DNA of 64,000 nucleotides from Patescibacteria group bacterium. Its GTDB lineage: Bacteria > Patescibacteriota > Patescibacteriia > Patescibacteriales > UBA12465. Positions 45,584 to 55,238 of this stretch are shown here, one piece after another. Under the pieces are notes generated by a model. That model searched no databases, was not told the DNA's origin, and saw only the letters and a program-made list of their open reading frames with translations. Position numbers and translations under genes: made by a program. The stretch spans positions 11,712 through 75,711 of the forward strand of contig JAVEZP010000003.1 in NCBI GenBank assembly GCA_034002925.1. The letters run 5' to 3'. The stretch's first letter is position 1, and each line of letters begins with the position of its first letter.

Positions 45584-45586
45584 TTT

Positions 45587-46834
45587 ATGTTAGATAATTT
45601 TCGACAATTAATGACTTTAGTCTTCCGGGCTCTTTTTAGTAACAAGACCCGGAGTTTTTTAACAATGTTGGGAATTATTATTGGTGTGGGGGCAGTAATT
45701 TTAATTATGTCTTTAGGGGCGGGAGCACAATCTTTAATTTTAGGTCAATTGGATAGTTTTGGTAGTGATTTAATTGGTATTTTACCAGGGCAATCTGATG
45801 AAAAAGGGCCACCAGCATCTGTATTTGGGGTTAAGGTTACTACTTTAAAATTAAGTGATGCCAATGCTTTGCGTGAAGAAAAAAATATGCCCCATGCCGT
45901 TTCAGTTGCTGCCTATTATGACACCAGTGTTATTTTATCTTGGCAGGACATTAATTATAGTGCTGATTTAAATGGTATTGCTGGTGATTATTTAGCGGTT
46001 GATGGCGGCGAAATAAAAGCGGGACGTTTTTTTACTCAAGATGAATTAGATTCTAGTTTACGTTTAGTGGTTCTTGGTAGTCGTGTAGCTCAAGAGCTTT
46101 TTGGTGATAATAATCCCATAGGACAAAGAATTAAAGTAAAAAATAAGAGTGTTACTGTGATTGGCGTGATGGCGGAAAGGGGCCAAGTAGGTTTTTCTAA
46201 TTATGATGATTTAGTATTATCACCTTTAGCTTTTGTACAAAAAGAAATTGCTGGAGTTGATTATCTTAGTGCTATTAGAATTAAGATTGATGATCCGCGG
46301 AATATTGATGAAAGTATGTTGATGGCCGAGCAGGTTTTAAGGGAGCGCCATGATATTGATAAGATTGGTGATGAAGATTTCTCAGTGCGTAGTTTTCGTG
46401 ATGCGCTCAATTTAGTTACTACTATCACCGATGCTTTGCGTTATTTCTTGGCCGCTATGGCGGCTCTGTCTCTTTTGGTAGGAGGAATTGGAATTATGAA
46501 TATTATGTTAGTGAGTGTGACAGAGAGAACAAGAGAAATTGGTTTACGCAAATCTCTGGGAGCTACTAATAATCAAGTGCTTAATCAATTTTTATTTGAA
46601 GCAATCGCTTTAACCTTAATAGGAGGTGTGATTGGTTTATTATTTGGTGTCTTGTTTGCTTATTTAATTGCTTTAGTAGTGCAGTCTTTGGGTTATAATT
46701 GGGACTTTTCGGTTTCATTATCTTCAGTTTTAATTGCGATTGGCTTATCTATCATGATTGGTGTGATTTTTGGTTATTATCCTGCTAAAAGAGCCAGTCG
46801 TTTAAGTCCGATTGAGGCTTTACGTTATGAATAG
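45587..46834 (+). CDS. MacB/FtsX-type ABC permease, subunit 1
   Basis: TM1, large extracytoplasmic domain, 3 TMs. GGIGIMNIMLVSVTERTREIGLRKSLGA and YYPAKRASRLSPIEALRYE. Confidence 0.85.
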   Translation: MLDNFRQLMTLVFRALFSNKTRSFLTMLGIIIGVGAVILIMSLGAGAQSLILGQLDSFGSDLIGILPGQSDEKGPPASVFGVKVTTLKLSDANALREEKNMPHAVSVAAYYDTSVILSWQDINYSADLNGIAGDYLAVDGGEIKAGRFFTQDELDSSLRLVVLGSRVAQELFGDNNPIGQRIKVKNKSVTVIGVMAERGQVGFSNYDDLVLSPLAFVQKEIAGVDYLSAIRIKIDDPRNIDESMLMAEQVLRERHDIDKIGDEDFSVRSFRDALNLVTTITDALRYFLAAMAALSLLVGGIGIMNIMLVSVTERTREIGLRKSLGATNNQVLNQFLFEAIALTLIGGVIGLLFGVLFAYLIALVVQSLGYNWDFSVSLSSVLIAIGLSIMIGVIFGYYPAKRASRLSPIEALRYE

Positions 46835-48056
46835 TATTATTGTCGCTTTTCAATTAGCTTGGCGCTCTTTACGCCTTAACATCTTACGTACTAGTTTGAC
46901 GGTTTTGGGCGTGGTGATTGGTGTAGCAGCTATTGTAGTGGTGTTCGCCGCTGGTGATGGTATTACTCGTTTAGTTTATGGTGAAATTGAATCATACGGC
47001 ACTAATGTAGTGCAGACTGAAGTGAAAGTTCCAGGAAAAGAGGTAGCGGCGACTGCGGAAATTACGAGTTTAAAATTAGATGACATGGCGGAAATAGATA
47101 AATTGGATAATGTGAGCATGAGTTACGCTGTATCTTTAGGGCAGCAAAAAATTACTTATGGTGGCGAGGGTAAAAAAGTATTACTGTTTGGTGTAAGTGC
47201 GCCTTATGTAGATATTGATAGCAAGACCAAAGTAATTGAAGGTTCTTTTTTTAGCGCCGAAGAAGATGATAGTCAAGCAGCCGTTATTGTTTTAGGTTCG
47301 GCTTTACGTGAATATTTATTTGGAGATAGTGAGGCAGTGGGTAAATTTGTTAGAGTGGGTAGTCAGCGTTTTCGGGTGATTGGCTCTTTAGCGGAGCAGG
47401 GGGGTGGCTTTAGTTTTTTAGATTTTAATGATTCTGCTTATATTCCTATTCAAACTTTGCATAATAAAATTTTAGGCATTGATTATGCTTTATATTTTAT
47501 GCATCAGCTGCGTGATATTGATCGAGCTGAAGAAACGGCCGAAGAGATTAGATTAATTTTAAGAGACCGACATGAGATTAGTGATCCTGAAAAAGATGAT
47601 TTTCGCGTTTCCACTATGACAGAAATGTTAGATACTTTAGGCACGGTAACTAGTGCTGTTACTTTTTTATTATTAGCGATTGTTCTTATCTCTTTATTAG
47701 TTGGTGGGGTAGGTATTATGAATATAATGTATGTCACAGTCACAGAAAGAACGCCAGAAATAGGTTTAAGAAAAGCGATGGGGGCCACCGCTAAAGATGT
47801 GGTGCGGCAGTTTTTAATTGAGTCTTTGCTCATTACTTTCTGGGGCTGGCTCTTAGGGGTGGTGTTAGGATTATTATTTTCCTATCTTTTAACTTTGGTG
47901 GCACAATATTTTCAGATTGATTGGTTTTTTAGTTTGCCGCTTGATGGCATTGTAGTTTCTTTATTATTTTCTTTAGCTTGTGGTTTATTATTCGGCTATC
48001 GCCCTGCTAAACAAGCAGCGCGACTAGATCCGGTCACAGCCTTGCGTACAGAATAG
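46827..48056 (+). CDS. MacB/FtsX-type ABC permease, subunit 2
   Basis: Same architecture: GGVGIMNIMYVTVTERTPEIGLRKAMGA and YRPAKQAARLDPVTALRTE. ATG at 46827 overlaps the previous gene by 8 nt. Confidence 0.85.
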   Translation: MNSIIVAFQLAWRSLRLNILRTSLTVLGVVIGVAAIVVVFAAGDGITRLVYGEIESYGTNVVQTEVKVPGKEVAATAEITSLKLDDMAEIDKLDNVSMSYAVSLGQQKITYGGEGKKVLLFGVSAPYVDIDSKTKVIEGSFFSAEEDDSQAAVIVLGSALREYLFGDSEAVGKFVRVGSQRFRVIGSLAEQGGGFSFLDFNDSAYIPIQTLHNKILGIDYALYFMHQLRDIDRAEETAEEIRLILRDRHEISDPEKDDFRVSTMTEMLDTLGTVTSAVTFLLLAIVLISLLVGGVGIMNIMYVTVTERTPEIGLRKAMGATAKDVVRQFLIESLLITFWGWLLGVVLGLLFSYLLTLVAQYFQIDWFFSLPLDGIVVSLLFSLACGLLFGYRPAKQAARLDPVTALRTE

Positions 48057-48081
48057 TTTTTTAAATTACTTTGATATATTC

Positions 48082-48105
48082 AGCCGGCAAGTAGCCGGTT
48101 TTTTA
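48082..48105 (+). terminator. Rho-independent terminator of the ABC efflux operon
   Basis: AGCCGGC-aagt-AGCCGGT-type GC stem followed by T6. Confidence 0.55.
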
Positions 48106-48227
48106 GTGGAAGAAATATTAAACTCTTGCGTATTATAACATAGAAGAGCTCTTAAAAACTTCTTATAAACTAATTAATATCAAACTTAATTATACTAGCT
48201 TTAGTAAATTAATTTGAATATATCAAT

Positions 48228-48665
48228 ATGAAGAAAAAAAATTTAGCTATTTTAGGATTAATGAGCTTAGCGGTTTTGGTAATAGTTTTTACCTCAGCTA
48301 ATCAAGCCTCTGCTGATACCACTAATAAGCAACGTGGATATAATTTAAGCATTGAAGATCGAGAAGCTATGCGGTCAGAAAGACAGGCTGAAGCCGAAGC
48401 TAGACGTGCTACCATGGAACAAGTAATGGCTCAAGGTGACTATAATACTTGGGTAGAAACAGTTAAAGCAGAGATGGGCGAAGATGCTCCCATTTTATCC
48501 AAGGTTACGGCTGATAATTTTCAGGAATTTGTTTTAGCTCATCAAGAGATGAGTCAAGCAAGAGAAAAAATGTCTCAATTTATGCCCGGTGAGCGCGGTT
48601 TTGGCAAACATGCTGGTAACAGAGCTAATCGTGGTATGCGCGGTAATTGCCCTTTAGCAGAATAA
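48228..48665 (+). CDS. Secreted hypothetical protein
   Basis: Signal peptide ending ASA|D. Helical, Glu/Arg/Met-rich mature part. No family recognised. Confidence 0.5.
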   Translation: MKKKNLAILGLMSLAVLVIVFTSANQASADTTNKQRGYNLSIEDREAMRSERQAEAEARRATMEQVMAQGDYNTWVETVKAEMGEDAPILSKVTADNFQEFVLAHQEMSQAREKMSQFMPGERGFGKHAGNRANRGMRGNCPLAE

Positions 48666-48684
48666 TAGATATTTATTGAATGAT

Positions 48685-48711
48685 AAAAAACCTCCTAATG
48701 GAGGTTTTTTT
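48685..48711. terminator. Bidirectional terminator
   Basis: AAAAAACCTCC-taat-GGAGGTTTTTTT between convergent genes. Confidence 0.65.
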
Positions 48712-48735
48712 GGTATGCTTATTATCTCTGTTCTG

Positions 48736-49803
48736 TTATACAACTTGCCAAATATTCCAACTGAGATAAATTAAATACAAGATAATAAGACTCACGCCTG
48801 CAAAACGGCCAATGTGCCATTTTTTGGCAATCAAAAAGGCTAAAATGGCAATGACGGTGGCAAAAAGTAGAATAATAGAATTAGTTAAATTTTCTGTCAC
48901 TACCGGGACAACTTGTCCGCCGACAGTAATAATTAACCAAGGCAAACCAAGACCGATTAGAATATCAAAAATATTAGAACCGATAGCATTAGAGATAGCC
49001 ATGCCGCCTCTTTTTTGTCGGGCTACTATAATAGAAGACATTAAATCAGGAATGCTAGTTCCAGCTGCTAGCACGGTTAAGCCAATAATAACAGATGGGA
49101 TATTGAGGCTTTGAGCAATTTGGACGGCGCTTTCAACTAATTCCCAACTTAAAGCTGCAATCATGATAATAGAGAAAAAGAAATCGCGCCAATATTTTTC
49201 GGGATTAGGAAAAATAAAATCTAAGATGCTGATAATAATCTGATTAATTTTTTGCCATGGACTGATTATTGTTTGTTTATTGTCCGTTTCATTACTAATG
49301 ACCGTTTCAGTTTCTATTGATTTTACCTCTTCTTGATAGGGTAGTATTTTTTTCCACTTTAAAACAGCTAATATATATATTGCATAAAGCAGAATGAATA
49401 AAATAGCTTCAATTAAGACAATCCTTCCGTCCCAAAAAGACACGATAAGAAGAATAATGCTTAAAGAATAAAATAAGACATCACGAATAATTGGTTGCCA
49501 GGCTACAAAAGCTTTGCGCACAATCGCCGTCGCGCCGATGATTACTAAAATATTAAAAATAGCTGAACCAACAATTGTGCCGGCGCCTAAAGCTTCTTCA
49601 CCTGGTTTAAAAACAGCGATCAGTGACACAAATAATTCTGGAGCACTAGTGCCTACTGCCATAAGTGTGGCTCCGGCCATATCAGAATTCATTTTCAATT
49701 TTGTTGCAATTCGATCTAATGAACTGACAAAATAGCGATCACAGACGATAGCCAATAAATAAAAGACTAGTAGTAGGATGAGAGCGTGAAGAATAAGAGT
49801 CAT
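48736..49803 (-). CDS. Ca2+/cation antiporter (CaCA, YrbG-like)
   Basis: Two alpha-repeats, GTSAPELFVS and GTSIPDLMSS. About 10 TM helices. Confidence 0.8.
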   Translation of the reverse strand: MTLILHALILLLVFYLLAIVCDRYFVSSLDRIATKLKMNSDMAGATLMAVGTSAPELFVSLIAVFKPGEEALGAGTIVGSAIFNILVIIGATAIVRKAFVAWQPIIRDVLFYSLSIILLIVSFWDGRIVLIEAILFILLYAIYILAVLKWKKILPYQEEVKSIETETVISNETDNKQTIISPWQKINQIIISILDFIFPNPEKYWRDFFFSIIMIAALSWELVESAVQIAQSLNIPSVIIGLTVLAAGTSIPDLMSSIIVARQKRGGMAISNAIGSNIFDILIGLGLPWLIITVGGQVVPVVTENLTNSIILLFATVIAILAFLIAKKWHIGRFAGVSLIILYLIYLSWNIWQVV

Positions 49804-49932
49804 ATAATAATATATTAATATTTCTGGTATAGCATATTTTTAAAACCTTGTCATGCTAGAGGTTTTTTCTATTTATAGCCTTAGGCTTTTTGTGTTATAA
49901 TAAAAATATTATGATTAATTTTTTGATTTTAT

Positions 49933-51612
49933 ATGGAGACTAATCTTTTTATTCAATTAAGCTCTTTGCTCGCGATTACAGTCAGCATTGCTTTTATTGT
50001 TCGTTTATTAAAACAACCTTTAATTATTGCCTATATCATTGCTGGTATTATTGGTGGTCCTTTATTTTTAAATATTATGCATGCTGGCGAAAGCATGTAT
50101 GACGCTTTTGCTAGTTTTGGTGTGGTTTTGTTATTGTTTATTGTTGGCTTAGATCTTAATTTTTCTTATTTAAAAAAAATTGGTAAAGAAGCGACTATTA
50201 TTGGCTTGTTGCAGTTTGTGTTAAATTTTAGCATGTTTCTTCCCTTGGCCCTCTATTTTGGTTTAACTTGGGCGAGTGCGATTTTTTTAGCTTTAGCGGC
50301 GTGTTTTTCCAGCACCATTATTGTCTTAAAGATTTTAGGAGATAAGCAGGATACGGAAGCAGTTTATGGTCGTTATACAATTGGTTTAATGTTGGTGCAA
50401 GATATGCTCTCAATTGCAGTTTTATTGTGGTTAAGTTTTAAAATGCCTGACTCAAGCATTGATAATAATTTTTCTCTTTGGCCCTTGTTAAAAATAATAG
50501 GAGTATTTGGGGTGATTATCTTAGCAGCTAAATATTTATTGCCTACTTTTTTAAAAAAAATTGCTTCTTCAGGAGAATTTTTATTTATTTTTACCGTCGC
50601 TTGGTGTTTTGGGGTGGCTAGTTTATTGCATTGGAGCGGCCTCTCTTTAGAGTTAGGAGCAATTGTTGCAGGTATTAGTTTAGGTTCTTCGCGTTTTCAT
50701 ACAGAAATTGCTAGTCGCATCAAGCCTTTGCGAGATTTTTTCTTAGTTTTATTTTTTATCCTTTTGGGCAGCCAAGCGGATTTTAGTAACTTGAAAGAGA
50801 TTCTGCCATCCGCTTTGCTTTTGTCAGTTTTTGTTTTAGTAGCACAACCGATTATTTTATATTTTTTATTCCGTCTTCGTCACTTTACTCGACGTAATAG
50901 TTTTTTAGGAGCTTTAACTTCTGGCCAATTAAGCGAATTTGGTTTTATTATCCTTTTTGCTGGAGCAGTCACGGGTTATATCGCTGATCGAGAAATGGCC
51001 ATTTTTACCTTAGCGGCTATTATCACTATTTTCTTTTCTTCTTACATGATGACTTATAGTTATCAAATTTATAATTGGTTATTGCCTTTATTTACGAAAA
51101 TAGGTCCAGATAAATATTTACAAGCAGAAGACAAAAAAGAAAAATTTACCGCTTTTATCTTTGGCTATCATCGTACTGCTTGGAAAATTGGCGCTGCTTT
51201 ACAGGAAAAGGGTATAGATTATGCGGCGGTAGATTTTAATCCTAGCGCGGTAGAGCATTTTAATAAAAAAGGGATTAAAACTTTTTTTGGTGATGCTTCA
51301 GATATTGAATTTTTAAAGTCCTTACCTTTACAGGAGGCTAAGTATATTATTTCTACTATTCCGTCTCCTGAGGATCAACTGCTCTTGATTAATTTTATTC
51401 GAAAAATTAATCCTAAGGCTATTATGATTGCTAGTTTATATCACAAAAAGTATTTACCGGCCTTATATCAAGCGGGAGCAGATTATGTCATCTTACCTCA
51501 TTTATTAGGAGGCTCTTGGGCGGCAGAAATTGTTCGCAATGGAGAGTTGGGAAGAAAAACTGCTTGGCAAAAATATCGTCGACAGCAGACACGTGATTTA
51601 AATGGTAGTTAA
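49933..51612 (+). CDS. CPA2 cation:proton antiporter with C-terminal RCK/TrkA-N domain
   Basis: Na+/H+ exchanger-type TM domain. C-terminal Rossmann-like FIFGYHRTAWKIGAAL..GIDYAAVDFNP. Confidence 0.8.
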   Translation: METNLFIQLSSLLAITVSIAFIVRLLKQPLIIAYIIAGIIGGPLFLNIMHAGESMYDAFASFGVVLLLFIVGLDLNFSYLKKIGKEATIIGLLQFVLNFSMFLPLALYFGLTWASAIFLALAACFSSTIIVLKILGDKQDTEAVYGRYTIGLMLVQDMLSIAVLLWLSFKMPDSSIDNNFSLWPLLKIIGVFGVIILAAKYLLPTFLKKIASSGEFLFIFTVAWCFGVASLLHWSGLSLELGAIVAGISLGSSRFHTEIASRIKPLRDFFLVLFFILLGSQADFSNLKEILPSALLLSVFVLVAQPIILYFLFRLRHFTRRNSFLGALTSGQLSEFGFIILFAGAVTGYIADREMAIFTLAAIITIFFSSYMMTYSYQIYNWLLPLFTKIGPDKYLQAEDKKEKFTAFIFGYHRTAWKIGAALQEKGIDYAAVDFNPSAVEHFNKKGIKTFFGDASDIEFLKSLPLQEAKYIISTIPSPEDQLLLINFIRKINPKAIMIASLYHKKYLPALYQAGADYVILPHLLGGSWAAEIVRNGELGRKTAWQKYRRQQTRDLNGS

Positions 51613-51616
51613 AAAT

Positions 51617-53128
51617 ATGAAAAAAAACTCTTTATTAACCCTAGCTTTTACTAGACGTTGGCGTTTAATGCAATACGATCATGCTCATCCTTTAGCTGCT
51701 CAAGAAAAAATTTTTAATTATTTGATAAAAGAAGGAGCTAAAACAGCTTGGGGAAAAATTTATAACTATCGTAATATTAAAAATTATGAAGATTATAGGC
51801 AGCGGGTGCCAATTAGCGACTACGAAAGTTTGCGTCCTTATATTGATCAGTTATTGCAGGGGCGGGATTATGTTTTGTGGTCAGAGAAAATAAAGTATTT
51901 TTCTAAGTCATCTGGTACTACGGGTTCTAAGAGTAAATATATTCCTGTGAGTAATGCGGCCTTGAAAGATAATCACTATGCTGGCGGTCGGAGTTTGTTC
52001 GCGTCTTATTTTCATCACTATCCTCAATCTAAAATATTTTTAGGCAGAAATTTTGCTTTAGGTGGAAATCGTCAATACGATCCTATTGGTAGTAGTAAAT
52101 ATATTGCTGATGTTTCAGTGATTTTAATGAAGAATTTGCCTTGGTGGGCTCGTTTGAGACGTAGTCCTCGTTTTAGCGTAGCAGCTATGCCCGAATGGGA
52201 AACTAAATTAAATCGTATTGCGGAAATTATTACTTATCAAAATATTGTTAGCTTATCCGGGGTGCCTTCTTGGAATTTGATTTTAGCAAAAAAGATTTTA
52301 GAAATTAGTGAGAAAAAAAATTTACATCAGGTGTGGCCTAATTTGGAATTATTTATTCACGGAGGCACTAGCTTTGCTCCATATCGTGAGCAGTTTCAAA
52401 AATTAATGCCCAGCTCAATGAATTATTTGGAAGTTTACAATGCCTCTGAAGGATTTTTTGCTTTTCAGGATGATCTATCGCGTTCTGATTTATTGCTTTT
52501 TTTAAACGGTGGTGTTTTTTATGAATTTTTGCCTTTAGAGGAATTAGCTAAAGCTAAACCACGTGCTCTGTCTTTAGAGGAAGTAGAGTTGGATAAAAAT
52601 TATGCTCTTGTTATTTCTACTAATGCTGGTCTGTGGCGTTATTTGATTGGGGATACCGTTCGTTTCACTTCTTTAGCTCCTTTTCGAATTGTTTTAAGTG
52701 GGCGTACTAAATCTTTTATTAATGCCTGTGGCGAAGAGTTGGTAGTGGAAAATGCGGATAAGGCTGTGGCTCAAGCAGCGCAACTAACCGGTGCTTTAGT
52801 GAAAGAATACACAGCCGCTCCTTATTATCATAATAAAACTGCCGCAGCTACTCATCAATGGCTTTTTGAATTTGAAAAAGCGCCTAGTGATAGTCTTCAA
52901 TTTATGCGCTTACTTGATAACGAGCTCAAAAAAAGCAATTCGGATTATGAGGCTAAACGTTATAAAGATTTGAATTTAGCTCCACCATTATTAGTGATAG
53001 CTAAAAAAGATTTATTCTATCATTGGTTAAAAGAGAAAAATCGTTTAGGTGGTCAGGCAAAGATACCAAGATTAAGCAATGATCGTATTTTGATTGATCA
53101 TTTATTGACGATGAATGAGGCCTTATAG
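51617..53128 (+). CDS. GH3 family acyl-adenylate-forming enzyme
   Basis: FSKSSGTTGSKSKYIPV, LEVYNASEG, YLIGDTVRF and EAKRY blocks of GH3 (PF03321). An alternative ATG at 51602 would overlap the antiporter gene. Confidence 0.75.
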   Translation: MKKNSLLTLAFTRRWRLMQYDHAHPLAAQEKIFNYLIKEGAKTAWGKIYNYRNIKNYEDYRQRVPISDYESLRPYIDQLLQGRDYVLWSEKIKYFSKSSGTTGSKSKYIPVSNAALKDNHYAGGRSLFASYFHHYPQSKIFLGRNFALGGNRQYDPIGSSKYIADVSVILMKNLPWWARLRRSPRFSVAAMPEWETKLNRIAEIITYQNIVSLSGVPSWNLILAKKILEISEKKNLHQVWPNLELFIHGGTSFAPYREQFQKLMPSSMNYLEVYNASEGFFAFQDDLSRSDLLLFLNGGVFYEFLPLEELAKAKPRALSLEEVELDKNYALVISTNAGLWRYLIGDTVRFTSLAPFRIVLSGRTKSFINACGEELVVENADKAVAQAAQLTGALVKEYTAAPYYHNKTAAATHQWLFEFEKAPSDSLQFMRLLDNELKKSNSDYEAKRYKDLNLAPPLLVIAKKDLFYHWLKEKNRLGGQAKIPRLSNDRILIDHLLTMNEAL

Positions 53129-53175
53129 GGAAGAAAATATTCTTTTTTGCGTACTAATAGTTGTAATATAATTTC

Positions 53176-53754
53176 ATGTCTCAACAAAATTATCATGAAG
53201 AAATAGATGATGCTGAGTTAGTGCGCTTAAGTTTGCTAGATTCTGCTAACTTTGTCCATATCATTAATCGTTATCAGACGAAGATGTTGCAATATGTGCG
53301 TCGCTTGGGCGCACGTCGTTTAGAGGATGCCGAGGATATTGTGCAAGATATTTTTTTAAAGGTTTATTTAAATTTGAATGATTTTAATTTGGATTTACAG
53401 TTTTCTTCTTGGTTATATCGCATTGCCCATAATCAAACAATTAGTCAATTTAGAAAAAATCAAGTTAGACCTGAATTATATTCTTCTCCTCTTGATGAGC
53501 ATGGTTTTGAGGCTTTGTCTAGTGACTTGTCTTTAGAAAAAGAGCTTGATCTAAAATTATTACAAGAGCATTTAAAAGAAGCGTTATTATCTTTAAATGC
53601 TCAGCAACGAGAAATTATTGTTTTGAAATTTTTTGAAGAAAGAAGTTATCAAGAAATATCAGATATTTTAAAAAAACCAACAGGGAGTGTCGCCTCTTTA
53701 CTGAATCGAGCGAAAAAAGCTTTATTAAAAAAGTTACAAGGAAATATTAAATAG
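53176..53754 (+). CDS. ECF-type RNA polymerase sigma factor
   Basis: Region 2 (DIVQDIFLKVY..FSSWLYRIAHNQTISQFRK) and region 4 (QREIIVLKFFEERSYQEISDILKKPTGSVASLLNRAKKAL). Confidence 0.85.
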   Translation: MSQQNYHEEIDDAELVRLSLLDSANFVHIINRYQTKMLQYVRRLGARRLEDAEDIVQDIFLKVYLNLNDFNLDLQFSSWLYRIAHNQTISQFRKNQVRPELYSSPLDEHGFEALSSDLSLEKELDLKLLQEHLKEALLSLNAQQREIIVLKFFEERSYQEISDILKKPTGSVASLLNRAKKALLKKLQGNIK

Positions 53755-53763
53755 AATAAATAT

Positions 53764-54657
53764 ATGTCAGATAATCTGGGTCAAAAAATACTTGATAAAA
53801 TTAAAAATACTCATTTAGAGCCAAAGCCTCGTTGGCATTTTTTGTTAAAAAACAGATTAGTTTGGACGGCGGGCATAGTGACTCTTTTAATTGGCGCAGT
53901 CGCCATGTCAGTTATTTTTTATTTAGTTAATAATCAAGATTTAGCTTTATATAAGCAGGTTGATAGTAGTTTTATCTCTTGGTTTTTATTATCGTTGCCG
54001 TATTTTTGGATATTTTTCCTAGCCCTGTTTATTTATCTTTTATATTATAATATTAAACACACCAAAAAGGGTTATCGCTATCACCCTTTGTTACTGATTT
54101 CTAGTGCTATTTTGCTTAGTATTTTATTGGGTGCACTTTTTTCTACTTTAGGCATGGGTAAATATATTGATAGCGTTTTAAGCCAAAGAGCTCCTTTATA
54201 TAATCGTGTTTTTAATCCCCACATTAACATGTGGTCACAACCAGAAAGAGGGCGCTTAGCGGGTTTAATAGTTTTAAAACAAGATAATCAACATTTTATC
54301 TTATTAGATCGTGATCAAGGTCAATGGCAAGTAATTCATGGTGGTCAAGCTGATCATTTGGTAAAAGTGGGTCAGGTAATTAAATTAATTGGTAGAATTG
54401 AAGCTCAAAATGAATTTCAGGCACAAGAATTAATGATTATGCAGCCCGGTAGAGAGTTTTTTATGCGTATGCGTACACCATTTGAATCCGGTAATATTGA
54501 GCGAAGCCCAGGTTTTAAGTTAAATAATGCATCTAGTCCAGAAAGAGAGGCATTAATTATTATTTTACGTGAAATACAACAACAAGAGCCAGATTTATTA
54601 GTTGATCTATTAGAAGATTATCCCGAATTAACGCCTATCCTAATGCATTTAAATTAA
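53764..54657 (+). CDS. Membrane protein downstream of the ECF sigma (candidate anti-sigma; no zinc-anti-sigma motif)
   Basis: Position 9 nt after the sigma gene. Short cytoplasmic N-terminus, 3-4 TMs, soluble C-terminal domain of about 150 aa. No HxxxCxxC. Confidence 0.5.
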   Translation: MSDNLGQKILDKIKNTHLEPKPRWHFLLKNRLVWTAGIVTLLIGAVAMSVIFYLVNNQDLALYKQVDSSFISWFLLSLPYFWIFFLALFIYLLYYNIKHTKKGYRYHPLLLISSAILLSILLGALFSTLGMGKYIDSVLSQRAPLYNRVFNPHINMWSQPERGRLAGLIVLKQDNQHFILLDRDQGQWQVIHGGQADHLVKVGQVIKLIGRIEAQNEFQAQELMIMQPGREFFMRMRTPFESGNIERSPGFKLNNASSPEREALIIILREIQQQEPDLLVDLLEDYPELTPILMHLN

Positions 54658-54684
54658 TTACTTTGCTATTTATTAGATTATTTC

Positions 54685-54717
54685 AAAAATGAGCCTAAGA
54701 TAAGGGCTCATTTTTTC
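54685..54717 (+). terminator. Rho-independent terminator
   Basis: ATGAGCC-9 nt-GGCTCAT followed by T6. Confidence 0.6.
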
Positions 54718-54757
54718 TTTTTGTGCTATAATAATTAGGTAGATTAATTTTAATTTT

Positions 54758-55234
54758 ATGAAACAGAAAAATTTTTTTCTTTTAATTGTGAGCTTAGCTG
54801 TTAGTTTATCAGCTGGTTTCTTTGGTTCTTTTTTTACCATTACAGGACCGGGAACTTGGCATGATTTACTAACTAAACCTAGTTTTAATCCGCCTAATTG
54901 GATTTTTGCTCCTGTTTGGACATTGTTGTTTATTTTTATGGGTATTGCCTTGTTTTTGGTGTGGCGCAGAGCAGAGACAAAAGTACAAATTTTACATATT
55001 TGGAAATATTTTTCTTTACAACTGATTTTTAATATTTTGTGGTCTTTTTGTTTCTTTTATTTACAGAATCCGCGCTTAGCTTTTTTAGAAATAATTGCTC
55101 TCATTATTTTTATTATTGCTATGATGATTCATTTTTACAAAATTGATAAACGCAGTCTTTATCTCTTATTGCCATATTTAATGTGGGTATCTTTTGCCAC
55201 TTTATTAACTTATAGTATTTGGCAGTTAAATTAG
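54758..55234 (+). CDS. tspO: TspO/MBR tryptophan-rich sensory protein
   Basis: Five TM helices. KPSFNPPNWIFAPVWTLLFIFMGIA and WNILWSFCFF motifs. Confidence 0.85.
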   Translation: MKQKNFFLLIVSLAVSLSAGFFGSFFTITGPGTWHDLLTKPSFNPPNWIFAPVWTLLFIFMGIALFLVWRRAETKVQILHIWKYFSLQLIFNILWSFCFFYLQNPRLAFLEIIALIIFIIAMMIHFYKIDKRSLYLLLPYLMWVSFATLLTYSIWQLN

Positions 55235-55238
55235 TTTT

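Noticed and set aside
22585-47833. Track ORFs 22585..22779(-), 29691..29900(-), 34307..34501(-), 35023..35310(-), 39197..39385(-), 40496..40678(-), 43343..43633(-) and 47504..47833(-)
   Set aside because: Each is antisense and internal to a longer ORF with clear family motifs (SppA, SufS, MTase, DUF262, DEAD, membrane protein, HlyD, FtsX). Treated as shadow ORFs.
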